Shown here piece by piece: positions 10,864-21,486 of a stretch of DNA of 64,000 bases (within the stretch, counting starts at the first letter, position 1; each line of letters opens with the position of its first letter). Below the pieces are notes generated by a model. That model was not told the DNA's origin, did not search any database, and saw only the letters and a list, made by a program, of their open reading frames with translations. The position numbers were made by a program, and so were the translations under genes. Source of the stretch: Opitutaceae bacterium (GTDB taxonomy: Bacteria > Verrucomicrobiota > Verrucomicrobiia > Opitutales > Coraliomargaritaceae); the NCBI GenBank assembly GCA_051252375.1, contig JBPOFY010000011.1:1-64000 (forward strand), given 5' to 3'.

Positions 10864-12662
10864 TTTGATTCTTCACCTTTCAGAATCATTACGCGCGCAA
10901 ACAAACCATCCGGCTCTTCGTTGCTTTCTGAAATCATGTAGAGCGGCATATTCAGCGATTCGATTAATTTCTCCGCACCACCATTCGCCTCAAATCCGGG
11001 CACCGGTGACATCGCCGCTATAGACTCGATAAACGGCTTCGCCATTTGATTCACATCGATATATGAGCGAGTCACTGGATTCGGCTGCGCGATCGATTCG
11101 AACATTTGCTCTACTTTCTCAGACTGCCAAAAACCTGCGCTCGATTCATTCATGCGACTCAAGACTTCATGCAAAAACCCCACGCTGCCCACATTGACGA
11201 TCAACTCCGAGCGAGTGATGACATAACTGATATCCTGGGCGGGCACCTCGGGAAATTCAGGATCAGGCACACCCTTAATTGTGTGAATCGTCTGACCTAC
11301 ATACTCTTGAGTCTTGATAGTATCACGCAAACCGGGCGCCATGTCCTTAAACGTTTCCAAGGCCTGTGAAAATGACTCTGCATCATTGATAGCGAAGACA
11401 TACATTTGCTCCGGAAGAACCATCTGGTCCTCCAAGTCCGCCTCTCCCATGATTGAGAGTGAGACCACCTCAGCACCGATGTTTTCAAGTATCGCTGACC
11501 GCAAGTCTACCCCAGTGTTGGTTTTAAAAGATTGTAGTTGAATATCCAGTAACATCGGCGCTGTCGGGCTAGCTGCCGTAATCACTTTTTCCAGCGCACC
11601 AATCATCTCAGCCATATCAAAACTGGATACAGAACTCGCCATTACACCCTCAGGCACATAAGTCGCCGCAGGCAAATCAGCATCACTATAAGTCAACAAA
11701 CTGAGCATACCCTTTTTCTCACTATAGATGAGCCCACTATTAACGAGTATCCCTTCATCGACTAAATCCATATCGACGAAGAGCGCCTGCATCGTTTCGA
11801 GAGACAAGGCACTTTCCAAGCTTGGGCCCGTCACGCCAAACATGGCCATACCACCTGCCATCGCCTGCTCGACCATCGCGTCATTTAGCGCAGCCATCAT
11901 CGGGCTAAGATTTACATACAACCGAAAATCACCACGACCGGATGCCTCTAAAGATCGGAGATACACGTCCGATTTCGACAGCGGAGAGGCAGCACCTGTT
12001 TTCACTGCCTCCACTGCATTGCGCAGACGTTCTTCTGGCGTAGCCAAAATGAAGACTCCATCTACCAGCGCATAGCCATCTTCAATGTAAGTTTCTTCGC
12101 CGTCGAAGGTCTCATCGAAATACAATGTCTCCCCCATAAATTGCTCCTCAATCCACTCGTGCTCTACCAAGGGGTTGACCTCCTTCTGCATCTTCGCATT
12201 TCGCTCAAACTGAATCTGCATCAATTCACGCATACGTTCAGCATCGCCGGTGCACTCAGCCATCAAGACCATTTGATCGCGACTTTCCTCATCCAGCATT
12301 CCTTCAGTGATATTATAGAAGCCCATGTTCATCTGCCCTGGAAACAACTCGTAAAAATCATCCCAGGTCATTCCGAATTCTTCATTCATGACCGTGGTAA
12401 AATCAGAGTCCTCGTCGTCTTCATCTTCCGAATCATCGGATTCATCTGCAGACAGACTTGTGAAGAAATCCTTTATCGCATCGTCTTCCATGAACTCAGC
12501 GAAAGCATGTTTCTCCCATGCTGCACTCGTTTCCGCTAGGCTACGGACTGAAATCAATAGCTGCACATCGGATCCCACGATATCCGCAAATGGCACAGCT
12601 TGTAGCGATATGGCAGATGCTCCAACGAGCCCTGCACTTAAACATAAAATACTTTTCATCAT
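10860..12662 (-). CDS. Exported acidic hypothetical protein (possibly DUF3352-like)
   Basis: 600-aa ORF with signal peptide; 4-nt overlap with the downstream gene. The family guess is weak. Confidence 0.6.
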   Translation of the reverse strand: MMKSILCLSAGLVGASAISLQAVPFADIVGSDVQLLISVRSLAETSAAWEKHAFAEFMEDDAIKDFFTSLSADESDDSEDEDDEDSDFTTVMNEEFGMTWDDFYELFPGQMNMGFYNITEGMLDEESRDQMVLMAECTGDAERMRELMQIQFERNAKMQKEVNPLVEHEWIEEQFMGETLYFDETFDGEETYIEDGYALVDGVFILATPEERLRNAVEAVKTGAASPLSKSDVYLRSLEASGRGDFRLYVNLSPMMAALNDAMVEQAMAGGMAMFGVTGPSLESALSLETMQALFVDMDLVDEGILVNSGLIYSEKKGMLSLLTYSDADLPAATYVPEGVMASSVSSFDMAEMIGALEKVITAASPTAPMLLDIQLQSFKTNTGVDLRSAILENIGAEVVSLSIMGEADLEDQMVLPEQMYVFAINDAESFSQALETFKDMAPGLRDTIKTQEYVGQTIHTIKGVPDPEFPEVPAQDISYVITRSELIVNVGSVGFLHEVLSRMNESSAGFWQSEKVEQMFESIAQPNPVTRSYIDVNQMAKPFIESIAAMSPVPGFEANGGAEKLIESLNMPLYMISESNEEPDGLFARVMILKGEESK

Positions 12663-12707
12663 AATTGGATACGTTCCTCTTTCAGGTAGTTAAAAATTTT
12701 CGGACAA

Positions 12708-13655
12708 TTAGTCCTTCTTTGATGGTCCCGCTTTGGGTGGGCTGATGTAGCGAAACCCTGCATTCGGATTACGCGGATCAAATGCGTAAGCATCCCGGTT
12801 ATCCAAAAATGATTTGAGCACACGCGACGAGATGGAGAACCCAAGTCCCTCCGCACCGACAGCAGCGATCTTCATATTATTCACCCCAACGACTTCGCCG
12901 CGCAGGTTAAAAAGTGGTCCACCCGAATTACCTGGATTGATCTGCGTAGTGGTTTGCAAATAAAGCCGCCCTCCGATCACACGATTCGCAACACTGATGA
13001 TGCCTTGCGACACGGTGCGATCCAAACCCAATGGACTACCAATCGCAAAAACCGTCTGTCCTTCACGCAAGCCCTCATCCACCGCAGCCAAAGAGACGAC
13101 CTTAAACGGTGCAGCACCTTCTTCTGTCTCGATCTTTAACAGCGCTAAGTCCAACTCCGAACTCGCCGCCACGATCCGCACATTATCGTAAGTCACCTTC
13201 TCGAGTTCCCGCGGACCTTGTCTGAAAATCGTCACCGAAATCTTATTCTCGCCGGCGATCACGTGGTCGTTGGTCACGATGTAACCTTCCTCATGGATCA
13301 CAAAACCGGAGCCCAAACCTGTCGGGGTCTGGATCAAACCAACGGCCTCACCTAATTGCTCCACCCACTCACGCACAGGCTGATCGCGTTGCGCGGCCGA
13401 GAGCGAATACAAGGTCGAAACTTCCGCCGTTTCCACGACGGCACCGGTCTCAGGGTCCACCGCCAGCAATGACTTTACCGATGCCTTCGGCACCTCAATC
13501 ACATCGTAGCCCAGATCCACATAATAGATTTGCGGTCGCTCCAGAACGATCTCGCCCCGAACCGCCCCGCCGGACTCCAACTCAATCAAATGAAAAGCCG
13601 AGGCCGAAGCCACCACTCCCATGAACAAAGCAAATATCTTCGCTAGTTTAAGCAT
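12708..13655 (-). CDS. Trypsin-like (S1C/HtrA-type) serine protease without PDZ domain
   Basis: Motifs GSGFVI, TNDHV, DLALLK, INPGNSGGPL; signal peptide. Confidence 0.9.
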   Translation of the reverse strand: MLKLAKIFALFMGVVASASAFHLIELESGGAVRGEIVLERPQIYYVDLGYDVIEVPKASVKSLLAVDPETGAVVETAEVSTLYSLSAAQRDQPVREWVEQLGEAVGLIQTPTGLGSGFVIHEEGYIVTNDHVIAGENKISVTIFRQGPRELEKVTYDNVRIVAASSELDLALLKIETEEGAAPFKVVSLAAVDEGLREGQTVFAIGSPLGLDRTVSQGIISVANRVIGGRLYLQTTTQINPGNSGGPLFNLRGEVVGVNNMKIAAVGAEGLGFSISSRVLKSFLDNRDAYAFDPRNPNAGFRYISPPKAGPSKKD

Positions 13656-13780
13656 AGTTGCGAAGAAAGCCTAAACGCCCCCTTTTGCCAACTAAAAGCG
13701 ACGATTGTCCGAAGTCAGCCAGACGAAGTATTTTAGCTGACTTCATACACAAGTCGGAGGCGATGCAGTCCGCACTTAAA

Positions 13781-13944
13781 AAGCTCCTTCCCTGCAAAGG
13801 GAAGGTGGCTCGCGAAGCGAGACGAAAGGGTTCTCTGCCGAGCAACTGCGGTTCTTCAGCTGCTTGACTGAAACATCCGCGAAAAAACCCTCCGTCTGCG
13901 TCAAGCGCAGACACCTCGAATGACACTAGCTCAAGAAGGAACTT
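13781..13944. repeat. Degenerate palindromic element with hairpin-containing arms
   Basis: Left arm CTCCTTCCCTGCAAAGGGAAGGTGGCTCGCGAAGCGAGACGAAAGGGTT; partly complementary right arm AACCCTCCGTCTGCGTCAAGCGCAGACACCTC...AAGGAACTT. Confidence 0.6.
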
Positions 13945-13954
13945 AGTGGAAAGC

Positions 13955-14036
13955 TGGAGGGGTGCGCTCCGTCGCAACCGCCGATGGTTCGATGCATTTA
14001 GGCATTACCGCGGCGGTGACAGAGCACCGCCCTCCA
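13955..14036. repeat. GGAG-tagged REP doublet
   Basis: TGGAGGGGTGCGCTCCGTCGCAACCG...CGGTGACAGAGCACCGCCCTCCA. Confidence 0.7.
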
Positions 14037-14164
14037 AATAAAGTTACATATATCATCTCTGAATATACGCTTATGGTAAGTGCCATTCCAGACAGCTAGT
14101 ATTAATAACGTGAATCTGACGATACGGATATGCGTATAAGAATGTGCTTCAACACACCTATCAC

Positions 14165-15295
14165 TTATTCACCAACATCACTCCGATACCGACCCAACAC
14201 CCCAGCCACCACGGCATCGGCGTATTCGACCAAAATATCGTCGGAATCTGGCTTCGCCCCCTTCGCACGCGTTGCCAATGCTTTTTGGATCCGTGTGTAG
14301 GCCACTTTTGAATTCGCCACATGCGGCTCCAACAAAACCGTCGGGCACTCCACCATGCGGAGTAATAAAAGATTACGCGCCCAGACCGTCGATGCATCGG
14401 GGTCTAATAGCACCGCATTCGTCCCCCAATATTTTGAAGGCGGCAAAGTCGTTGCCTCTGCCAAAGCCGCACCTAGCGCACGCCCCAATAGGCGCTCCTC
14501 TTCACCGCTCCCGTTGGTCAACTTGGTCAACATGGATGCCTGCTGCCGCGGCGAGCTCAGCTCTTTGTCACTCAAGCAACCAAAAATCAAAACATGCACA
14601 TGATTCGAATCCACCAGTTGTAACCGAGGAGCCTCACCCTCCGGCCAGGGCGCTGCGTTGATGTGCAACGAAATCAATGCATCCGGCTGAATCACTTCAT
14701 TGACCAAACGGGCGCGCTCCACCAGTTCCGCTTCGATAATCGCAATCTGTATCGCACGAAACTGGACCGCATGCCCATGGTCTAATAATTCAGCTAAGCT
14801 AGCACCCTTCGGCAAAGGCAATTCAGCGAGTGCACGTTCTAAATAGTCCGTAGGCGGCTTCGGGTTAACAGGTTCGTAAGTCTCTCGAACTAAAGTCACC
14901 TTCGCCCCCAATGCTTGCAACTGTGCGCGCACTCGCTGCGCCACTTCCAGAACAAGTTCCCCCTCGCGCACACGAAAGTCGCCTTCTGCCACGGCAAAGT
15001 CGCGCCACTCATACGCCGCCCAACGACCACCAATATGACCAGGATCAATCGCAAGGTGTAGCCCAGCCAGTGGCAGCGCATCTTCCACACGTGCCGACTG
15101 TATCGTCGCAGCGGGACGCCAGTATCTAGAAACTTCACGATCTGCGAGCGGCTCCAATTCCACAACTGATGCCCAATTGGCATACGGCGCATAGCGCGTG
15201 CTCAACGCATAGGCCAATGCTTCACTTTTTAATGCCTCCGCCCGCAGGCAAGCCCCACCAAAAACCAACAAGCCACAAAGAAACAGACGCACCAT
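14165..15295 (-). CDS. N-acetylmuramoyl-L-alanine amidase (Amidase_3)
   Basis: Zinc-ligand motifs IDPGH, REGELVL, SLHINA, LLEP. Start moved to MVRLFLCG (signal peptide) to avoid overlapping the upstream gene. Confidence 0.82.
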   Translation of the reverse strand: MVRLFLCGLLVFGGACLRAEALKSEALAYALSTRYAPYANWASVVELEPLADREVSRYWRPAATIQSARVEDALPLAGLHLAIDPGHIGGRWAAYEWRDFAVAEGDFRVREGELVLEVAQRVRAQLQALGAKVTLVRETYEPVNPKPPTDYLERALAELPLPKGASLAELLDHGHAVQFRAIQIAIIEAELVERARLVNEVIQPDALISLHINAAPWPEGEAPRLQLVDSNHVHVLIFGCLSDKELSSPRQQASMLTKLTNGSGEEERLLGRALGAALAEATTLPPSKYWGTNAVLLDPDASTVWARNLLLLRMVECPTVLLEPHVANSKVAYTRIQKALATRAKGAKPDSDDILVEYADAVVAGVLGRYRSDVGE

Positions 15296-15299
15296 ACTG

Positions 15300-17183
15300 T
15301 TACAGCTTACCACTAGGAATCGCTGGGAGCGTGATACGTGCGCGTTCCTTCTCAGGTCCGCCGCCTTCGACAATCGCGCGGCGCTGGCCCTGCAAGAGGA
15401 TGATACGATGCCCAGACACTCGACCACGATCATCATTCACGACAGCGTTGCCCTCGAGTATAACCTTACCTTCTTGAGGTAGGATGAAGCCTTTTTCGGC
15501 TGTAGCCAATCGACCGTCTTGGCGCACCTCTACGTTATCCAGGGCTTCAATGCGTAGCACTTCAAGTCGATCACTCATCTTACCGGTCTTCATATCTGTG
15601 CTCTTTGCATCGGCAGCAATCACATCCAAACGATCGCATTTTGCGTCGAGATTGGTGGCTACGATGGTGACATTCTCGGAAAATCGAAAGACTGTTTGGG
15701 TGGGCTCTTCAATCATGCGCAGCATGTTGCTTTCCACTACGGTTTCTTTAGCGGGGTTCGCTGTGGTCGTTTCTTCGACGGTCGCTACACCAGTCACCCC
15801 GGTAAAGGTCTTGTAGCCCAAGTCCTGCATCTCAGGCAGCACCACTTTCACACGCTCGGCGTCACTTCCGTAAATAATAGCCAAGCCTGGCTTGAGCTCC
15901 ATTTTTTCGCCCGTAATAACAGCCTCACCATTCGTCACGCGTGGGTCGCCCTCAAGCACCGCACGTTCTTCGGCAGGGAAGAAGGTCACCGTATCACTGG
16001 TTGCAAACTGACCGCTCTGTTCGATCTTCACGGAACCCTCCGCAACGATTCGGCGCACTTCGCCTACTTTCAGGTCGCCCTCTTCCGCAGCTGGATCCGC
16101 GGTCGTAGATTTGGCTGCCTTGGTATCCTTGTTGGCGTAAATCGTCATCAAGTCGGATCTCAATTGGACAGAGCCCGACATCACTGCCACAGAGCCTTCG
16201 AATAGAAATAAGTTTTCCTTCTCCAACTCCTGCATCGTGATCTTGTCCGCGAGGACGATCGTCTCCGCGCTCAGCGCACCGCCACCTTGGATACCCAAGC
16301 CTCCGGTTTCTGTTAAAATCATTTGCGCGCGGCCAGCATCACCACCGCCGACAATGACAATCTCGCCTTCACGACTGCGTATGGTGTGCCCACTCAAATA
16401 AGCACCTGGTGTCTCAATCTGCGGGGTTCCAGTCAGCTGCACGCGCTTCTCACGGGGAAAGAACTCCGCCTCTCCTGCCCGGACGACACGCCCGGCTTGG
16501 TTGATCACGACCGAGTCACGCGCCACGATTTGTCGAACTGAATCCAATTGTCCGGCTTCCACCTTAGGACTGCCTTCTTTTCGTCCTTCCGGAGCATCCA
16601 CTAAAGCGATCAGCACGTTACTGGTTAGATCCATGTCGCCGGAGACCGCATGCACGTTATTTGTAAAATCGAAGTGGTATTCCGTCTCGGTGGTGAGCAG
16701 CTTCAAGCGTTCGCTGTGAATGACGGTTTTGGGAGCCGCACCCGCCTCGACCGCACCTTCGCTGCCGAGCGATTCCGAAATCGCCTGAGTGAACTCCACC
16801 ACGGTATCGAAAAGCACTTCAATTTCTTTAGTCTCCCCATCCCATGTCCAGCCGACACCGGAGATTCTAAAGTTCGCCCCCACGATCACAATCGTGCTAT
16901 CCGAGAAAGCACGATTCTCTGCCACTCGCAAAGTCGCCTCTGGACTGTCCAAAGACATTTCCAAAGCCATACGCTCGTCGCCGGAATACACACGCAACGC
17001 CATGTCCTTGATTCGGGTCTGTTCCGCATTGTCGTAGATCCCCTCCCCGCCTTGCAGCACCCATTGGGTGTAGCCGTTGTCGCCAAAACGCGGGAGGCGA
17101 AAGTTCTTAACCGGCGCATTGGGCGTCATCTGAGCACTCAGTGTTTGTAAACAAACCACCGAGATCACGAGGTAACGGAGCAT
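15300..17183 (-). CDS. LptC/LptA (OstA)-type LPS transport periplasmic protein with several jellyroll repeats
   Basis: LptC-like N-terminal region, then three OstA-like units (IVARDSVVINQ, IVAEGSVKIEQ, IEALDNVEVRQ; L.G.P/A motifs). Confidence 0.72.
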   Translation of the reverse strand: MLRYLVISVVCLQTLSAQMTPNAPVKNFRLPRFGDNGYTQWVLQGGEGIYDNAEQTRIKDMALRVYSGDERMALEMSLDSPEATLRVAENRAFSDSTIVIVGANFRISGVGWTWDGETKEIEVLFDTVVEFTQAISESLGSEGAVEAGAAPKTVIHSERLKLLTTETEYHFDFTNNVHAVSGDMDLTSNVLIALVDAPEGRKEGSPKVEAGQLDSVRQIVARDSVVINQAGRVVRAGEAEFFPREKRVQLTGTPQIETPGAYLSGHTIRSREGEIVIVGGGDAGRAQMILTETGGLGIQGGGALSAETIVLADKITMQELEKENLFLFEGSVAVMSGSVQLRSDLMTIYANKDTKAAKSTTADPAAEEGDLKVGEVRRIVAEGSVKIEQSGQFATSDTVTFFPAEERAVLEGDPRVTNGEAVITGEKMELKPGLAIIYGSDAERVKVVLPEMQDLGYKTFTGVTGVATVEETTTANPAKETVVESNMLRMIEEPTQTVFRFSENVTIVATNLDAKCDRLDVIAADAKSTDMKTGKMSDRLEVLRIEALDNVEVRQDGRLATAEKGFILPQEGKVILEGNAVVNDDRGRVSGHRIILLQGQRRAIVEGGGPEKERARITLPAIPSGKL

Positions 17184-17213
17184 TTTGGGAAGTAACAACA
17201 TGTTTACACTAAG

Positions 17214-17236
17214 AAACCCGGAGTTGCCTCCGGGTT
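17214..17236 (-). terminator. Hairpin downstream of aspS
   Basis: AACCCGGAG-TTGC-CTCCGGGTT, with a short U tract on the minus strand. Confidence 0.5.
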
Positions 17237-17290
17237 CCAGACGAAAAAGCGATTAAGTGAAACAGGCAAACATGCTCGTCTCACACTAAA

Positions 17291-19090
17291 TTAAGCCTTA
17301 GGCTCTTCTTTCTTCGGCAATACAGCCTTGATGTGCAGGTCTCGCAACTGCTTGTCCGTGGCGATACCAGGGCTCGCAGTCATCATTTCCTGTCCTTTTT
17401 GATTCTTAGGGAAGGCAATGACGTCGCGGATACTGGTGCGCTGTGTCAAAATAGTGACCATACGGTCGAGACCGAAGGCGATACCACCATGCGGCGGTGC
17501 ACCATATTCAAAAGCCTTCAGCATGTAGCCAAAGCGGCTCTCCACCACATCGGCAGGGATCTTAAGCACCTCTTCGAATACCTTCTTCTGCAAAGCAGGT
17601 TGATGGATACGAATACTGCCGCCACCGAGCTCGACGCCGTTGAGCACCAAGTCGTAGTGCTGACCACGCACCTTCTTCGGATCGGAGTCCAAAAGTGGGA
17701 TATCCTCTACGACTGGCGAAGTGAATGGGTGGTGCGACGAAACGTAGCGACCTTCATCCTCATCAAACAACATGAGCGGAAATTCAATCACCCAAAGGAA
17801 TTTGTAATCATTCGGGTCGATCACGAGCTTCTCGCGCTTGACCAGCAACTGTGCTGCTTCGAGACGGACGCGACCGAGGATCGTGCAAGCACGCTCCCAC
17901 TCAGTCGCAGCGAAAAAGACGATATCGCCATCTTCGACCTTCAGTTGCTCCTTAATCGCAGCCTTTTCATCCTCAGAGAAGAATTTGAGGATCGGAGACT
18001 TCCACTCGCCACCCTCGGACTTAATGAAAGCGAGGCCCTTAGCACCGAGTGCCTTGGCAGAGTCTTCGAGACCACGGAGTTCACCTTGCGTCAAATCAGC
18101 GAGGCCCTTGGCGTTGAAAGCCTTGATTGCACCACCGGAATCCAGTGTGCCCTTGAAGACCTTGAACTCAGAGTTGGCAAAAATCTCACCGCAATCCTGC
18201 AGCTCCAGACCGAAACGCATGTCTGGCTTATCCACACCGAAGCGATTCATCGCGTCGAAGTAGCTCATACGGAGGAAAGGTGCTTCGATGTCGACATCGA
18301 TCACGTCCTTCCATACGCGCTTCATCAAACCTTCGATCAGCTCATACATGTCCTCGCGGTCGATGAACGACAGCTCGATATCCACTTGAGTGAACTCTGG
18401 CTGACGGTCTGCGCGCAAATCTTCGTCACGGAAGCAACGCGCCAACTGGTAGTAGCGCTCGACGCCACCCACCATGAGCATCTGCTTATATTGCTGAGGG
18501 GACTGTGGCAGTGCGTAGAAAGCACCTGGATTCATGCGGCTCGGCACGAGAAACTCGCGAGCGCCTTCCGGTGTGCTCTTAAACAGCATCGGTGTTTCCA
18601 CTTCGATGAAAGCTTCACCGTCCATGTAGTTGCGGATCGCACGTGTGGTGGCGTGGCGCATGCGCAGCATCTTAGTGTTGGTCGCACGGCGTAGGTCGAG
18701 GTAGCGGTGCGTCATGCGCAGGTCTTCGCTCACACGGTCGGCCGAGTCGTCCATTGGGAAAGGAGGTGTCTTCGAGACGTTGTGAATCGTCAACTCGCTG
18801 GCGTGCACTTCGATTTCGCCCGTTGCGAGCTTATCGTTGGATGTGCCGCCAAAACGCTCTTCCACCTTGCCAGTGACCGCGATAACGGACTCGGGCTTGA
18901 TCGAGCCAAACTGAGCTTCAAGCTCCTTGTTTGCAGGGTCGAGAACGATTTGGGTCAAACCCTCGCGGTCGCGAAGGTCGACAAAAAGAATACCGCCGTG
19001 GTCACGAACAGAATCGACCCAACCATTTAAGGTGACAGTCGAGCCAGTGTCCGATTTACGGATTTGGGAGCAGTGATGGGTGCGCTTCAT
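17291..19090 (-). CDS. aspS: Aspartate--tRNA ligase
   Basis: MKRTHHC start; motifs RDHGG, ALPQSPQ, CFRDEDLRADRQPEFTQ, GAPPHGGIAFGLDR. Confidence 0.97.
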   Translation of the reverse strand: MKRTHHCSQIRKSDTGSTVTLNGWVDSVRDHGGILFVDLRDREGLTQIVLDPANKELEAQFGSIKPESVIAVTGKVEERFGGTSNDKLATGEIEVHASELTIHNVSKTPPFPMDDSADRVSEDLRMTHRYLDLRRATNTKMLRMRHATTRAIRNYMDGEAFIEVETPMLFKSTPEGAREFLVPSRMNPGAFYALPQSPQQYKQMLMVGGVERYYQLARCFRDEDLRADRQPEFTQVDIELSFIDREDMYELIEGLMKRVWKDVIDVDIEAPFLRMSYFDAMNRFGVDKPDMRFGLELQDCGEIFANSEFKVFKGTLDSGGAIKAFNAKGLADLTQGELRGLEDSAKALGAKGLAFIKSEGGEWKSPILKFFSEDEKAAIKEQLKVEDGDIVFFAATEWERACTILGRVRLEAAQLLVKREKLVIDPNDYKFLWVIEFPLMLFDEDEGRYVSSHHPFTSPVVEDIPLLDSDPKKVRGQHYDLVLNGVELGGGSIRIHQPALQKKVFEEVLKIPADVVESRFGYMLKAFEYGAPPHGGIAFGLDRMVTILTQRTSIRDVIAFPKNQKGQEMMTASPGIATDKQLRDLHIKAVLPKKEEPKA

Positions 19091-19180
19091 AATGAACGCG
19101 GGATGAAAACACCTTCCCCCCTCGAAACAAGCATGAAAACCAGCAGTTTCAGCCAGCAGCGGTCTCCCGCCTGCCTCAAA

Positions 19181-19819
19181 AGGTAGCGCGAGTGCCTCCG
19201 GCACCGCACAACAGAGCATTAGCCCAGAACTAGCACGTCGTCATATCCAGCAGAGCTGGAAACCGCTTATGCTCGCTGATTCACGCTAACAGATCAGGCC
19301 CCATCCTAACCATAAGCGTCCATTAGCGAATATTAGCGGTTGTCAGCTACACTGACCTCAAAACCCAGCAGAGGTAGCGGCGGTCGTCCCTGACCGCCAA
19401 ACGTATGGAAAGCCCCAGCTCCGCAGACAAACTAAAGGCTGCAATGGCGCTCGGGACGAGCGCCCCTACCCGTCTTACTCCTAATCCTACTCTTAATCTT
19501 AATCCCTATTCGTAGCATTCTCTCATCTGACGTTAAGATTATGATTAAGAGCACAGCCCCCACCACCCATAAGCGTCTATCAGCGAATATTAGCGGTCGT
19601 CAGCTACACTGACCTCACACAGAGCAACGAGAATACCGTAAACTAGCAGCACGTAAAATCCAGCAGAGCTGGAAACCGCTTATTGGCGCTAATTTACGCT
19701 AATAATGATACACCCAGCAGAGGTAGCGGCGGTCGTCCCTGACCGCCAAACGTATGGGAAGCCCCACCCTCTCAAAAGGGCTAAAGACCGCAATGGCTCT
19801 CGGGACGAGCGCCCCTACC
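19181..19819. repeat. Composite repeat mosaic between aspS and ffh
   Basis: Complete CCAGC/ACCGCT element at 19246-19356; two GTAG doublets at 19372-19471 and 19722-19819; hexamer inverted element at about 19472-19551; extra lone arms. Confidence 0.85.
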
Positions 19820-19895
19820 TCAAAACAAGCATGAAAAATACCTTTGCCTCCTACTTGACGTCCGATTAGCTCCCCATCCTTTAACTTTCACAGAT

Positions 19896-21254
<1,359 letters not shown>

Positions 21255-21261
21255 TTCACGC

Positions 21262-21441
21262 CTTACTCTTAATCCTACTCCTAATCGTAATCTTAATCCC
21301 CATCCCGGGGAAGACCTGCGTCAACGGCGGCATAAAACTGGTATTCAGGTAGGGTTCGATATCCTTATCGAACCGCCACGTCACAACTCTCGGCGCGTTA
21401 TGTTCGACGGGCTCACATCAGGAAGGATAACGCGCCCTACC
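21262..21441. repeat. Hexamer tract plus GTAG REP doublet
   Basis: (TAATCY/TACTCY)n tract, then GGTAGGGTTCGATATCCTTATCGAACC...GGATAACGCGCCCTACC; a second copy lies at 28680-28750. Confidence 0.78.
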
Positions 21442-21486
21442 ATTTCTGATAGACAACATTGTTGCAGAATGCTTCTAGCCTGCCCA

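Noticed and set aside
13706..13760. Hairpin GAAGTCAGC...GCTGACTTC upstream of the protease gene as an ncRNA
   Set aside because: A single 9-bp stem with no other support.
17333..18694. 453-aa plus-strand ORF
   Set aside because: It is an antisense shadow of aspS caused by codon bias; the same applies to 51995-52894 (pnp) and 20013-20747 (ffh).
21255..21486. SRP (4.5S) RNA next to ffh
   Set aside because: The conserved SRP domain IV motif is absent and the structure is explained by a REP doublet.
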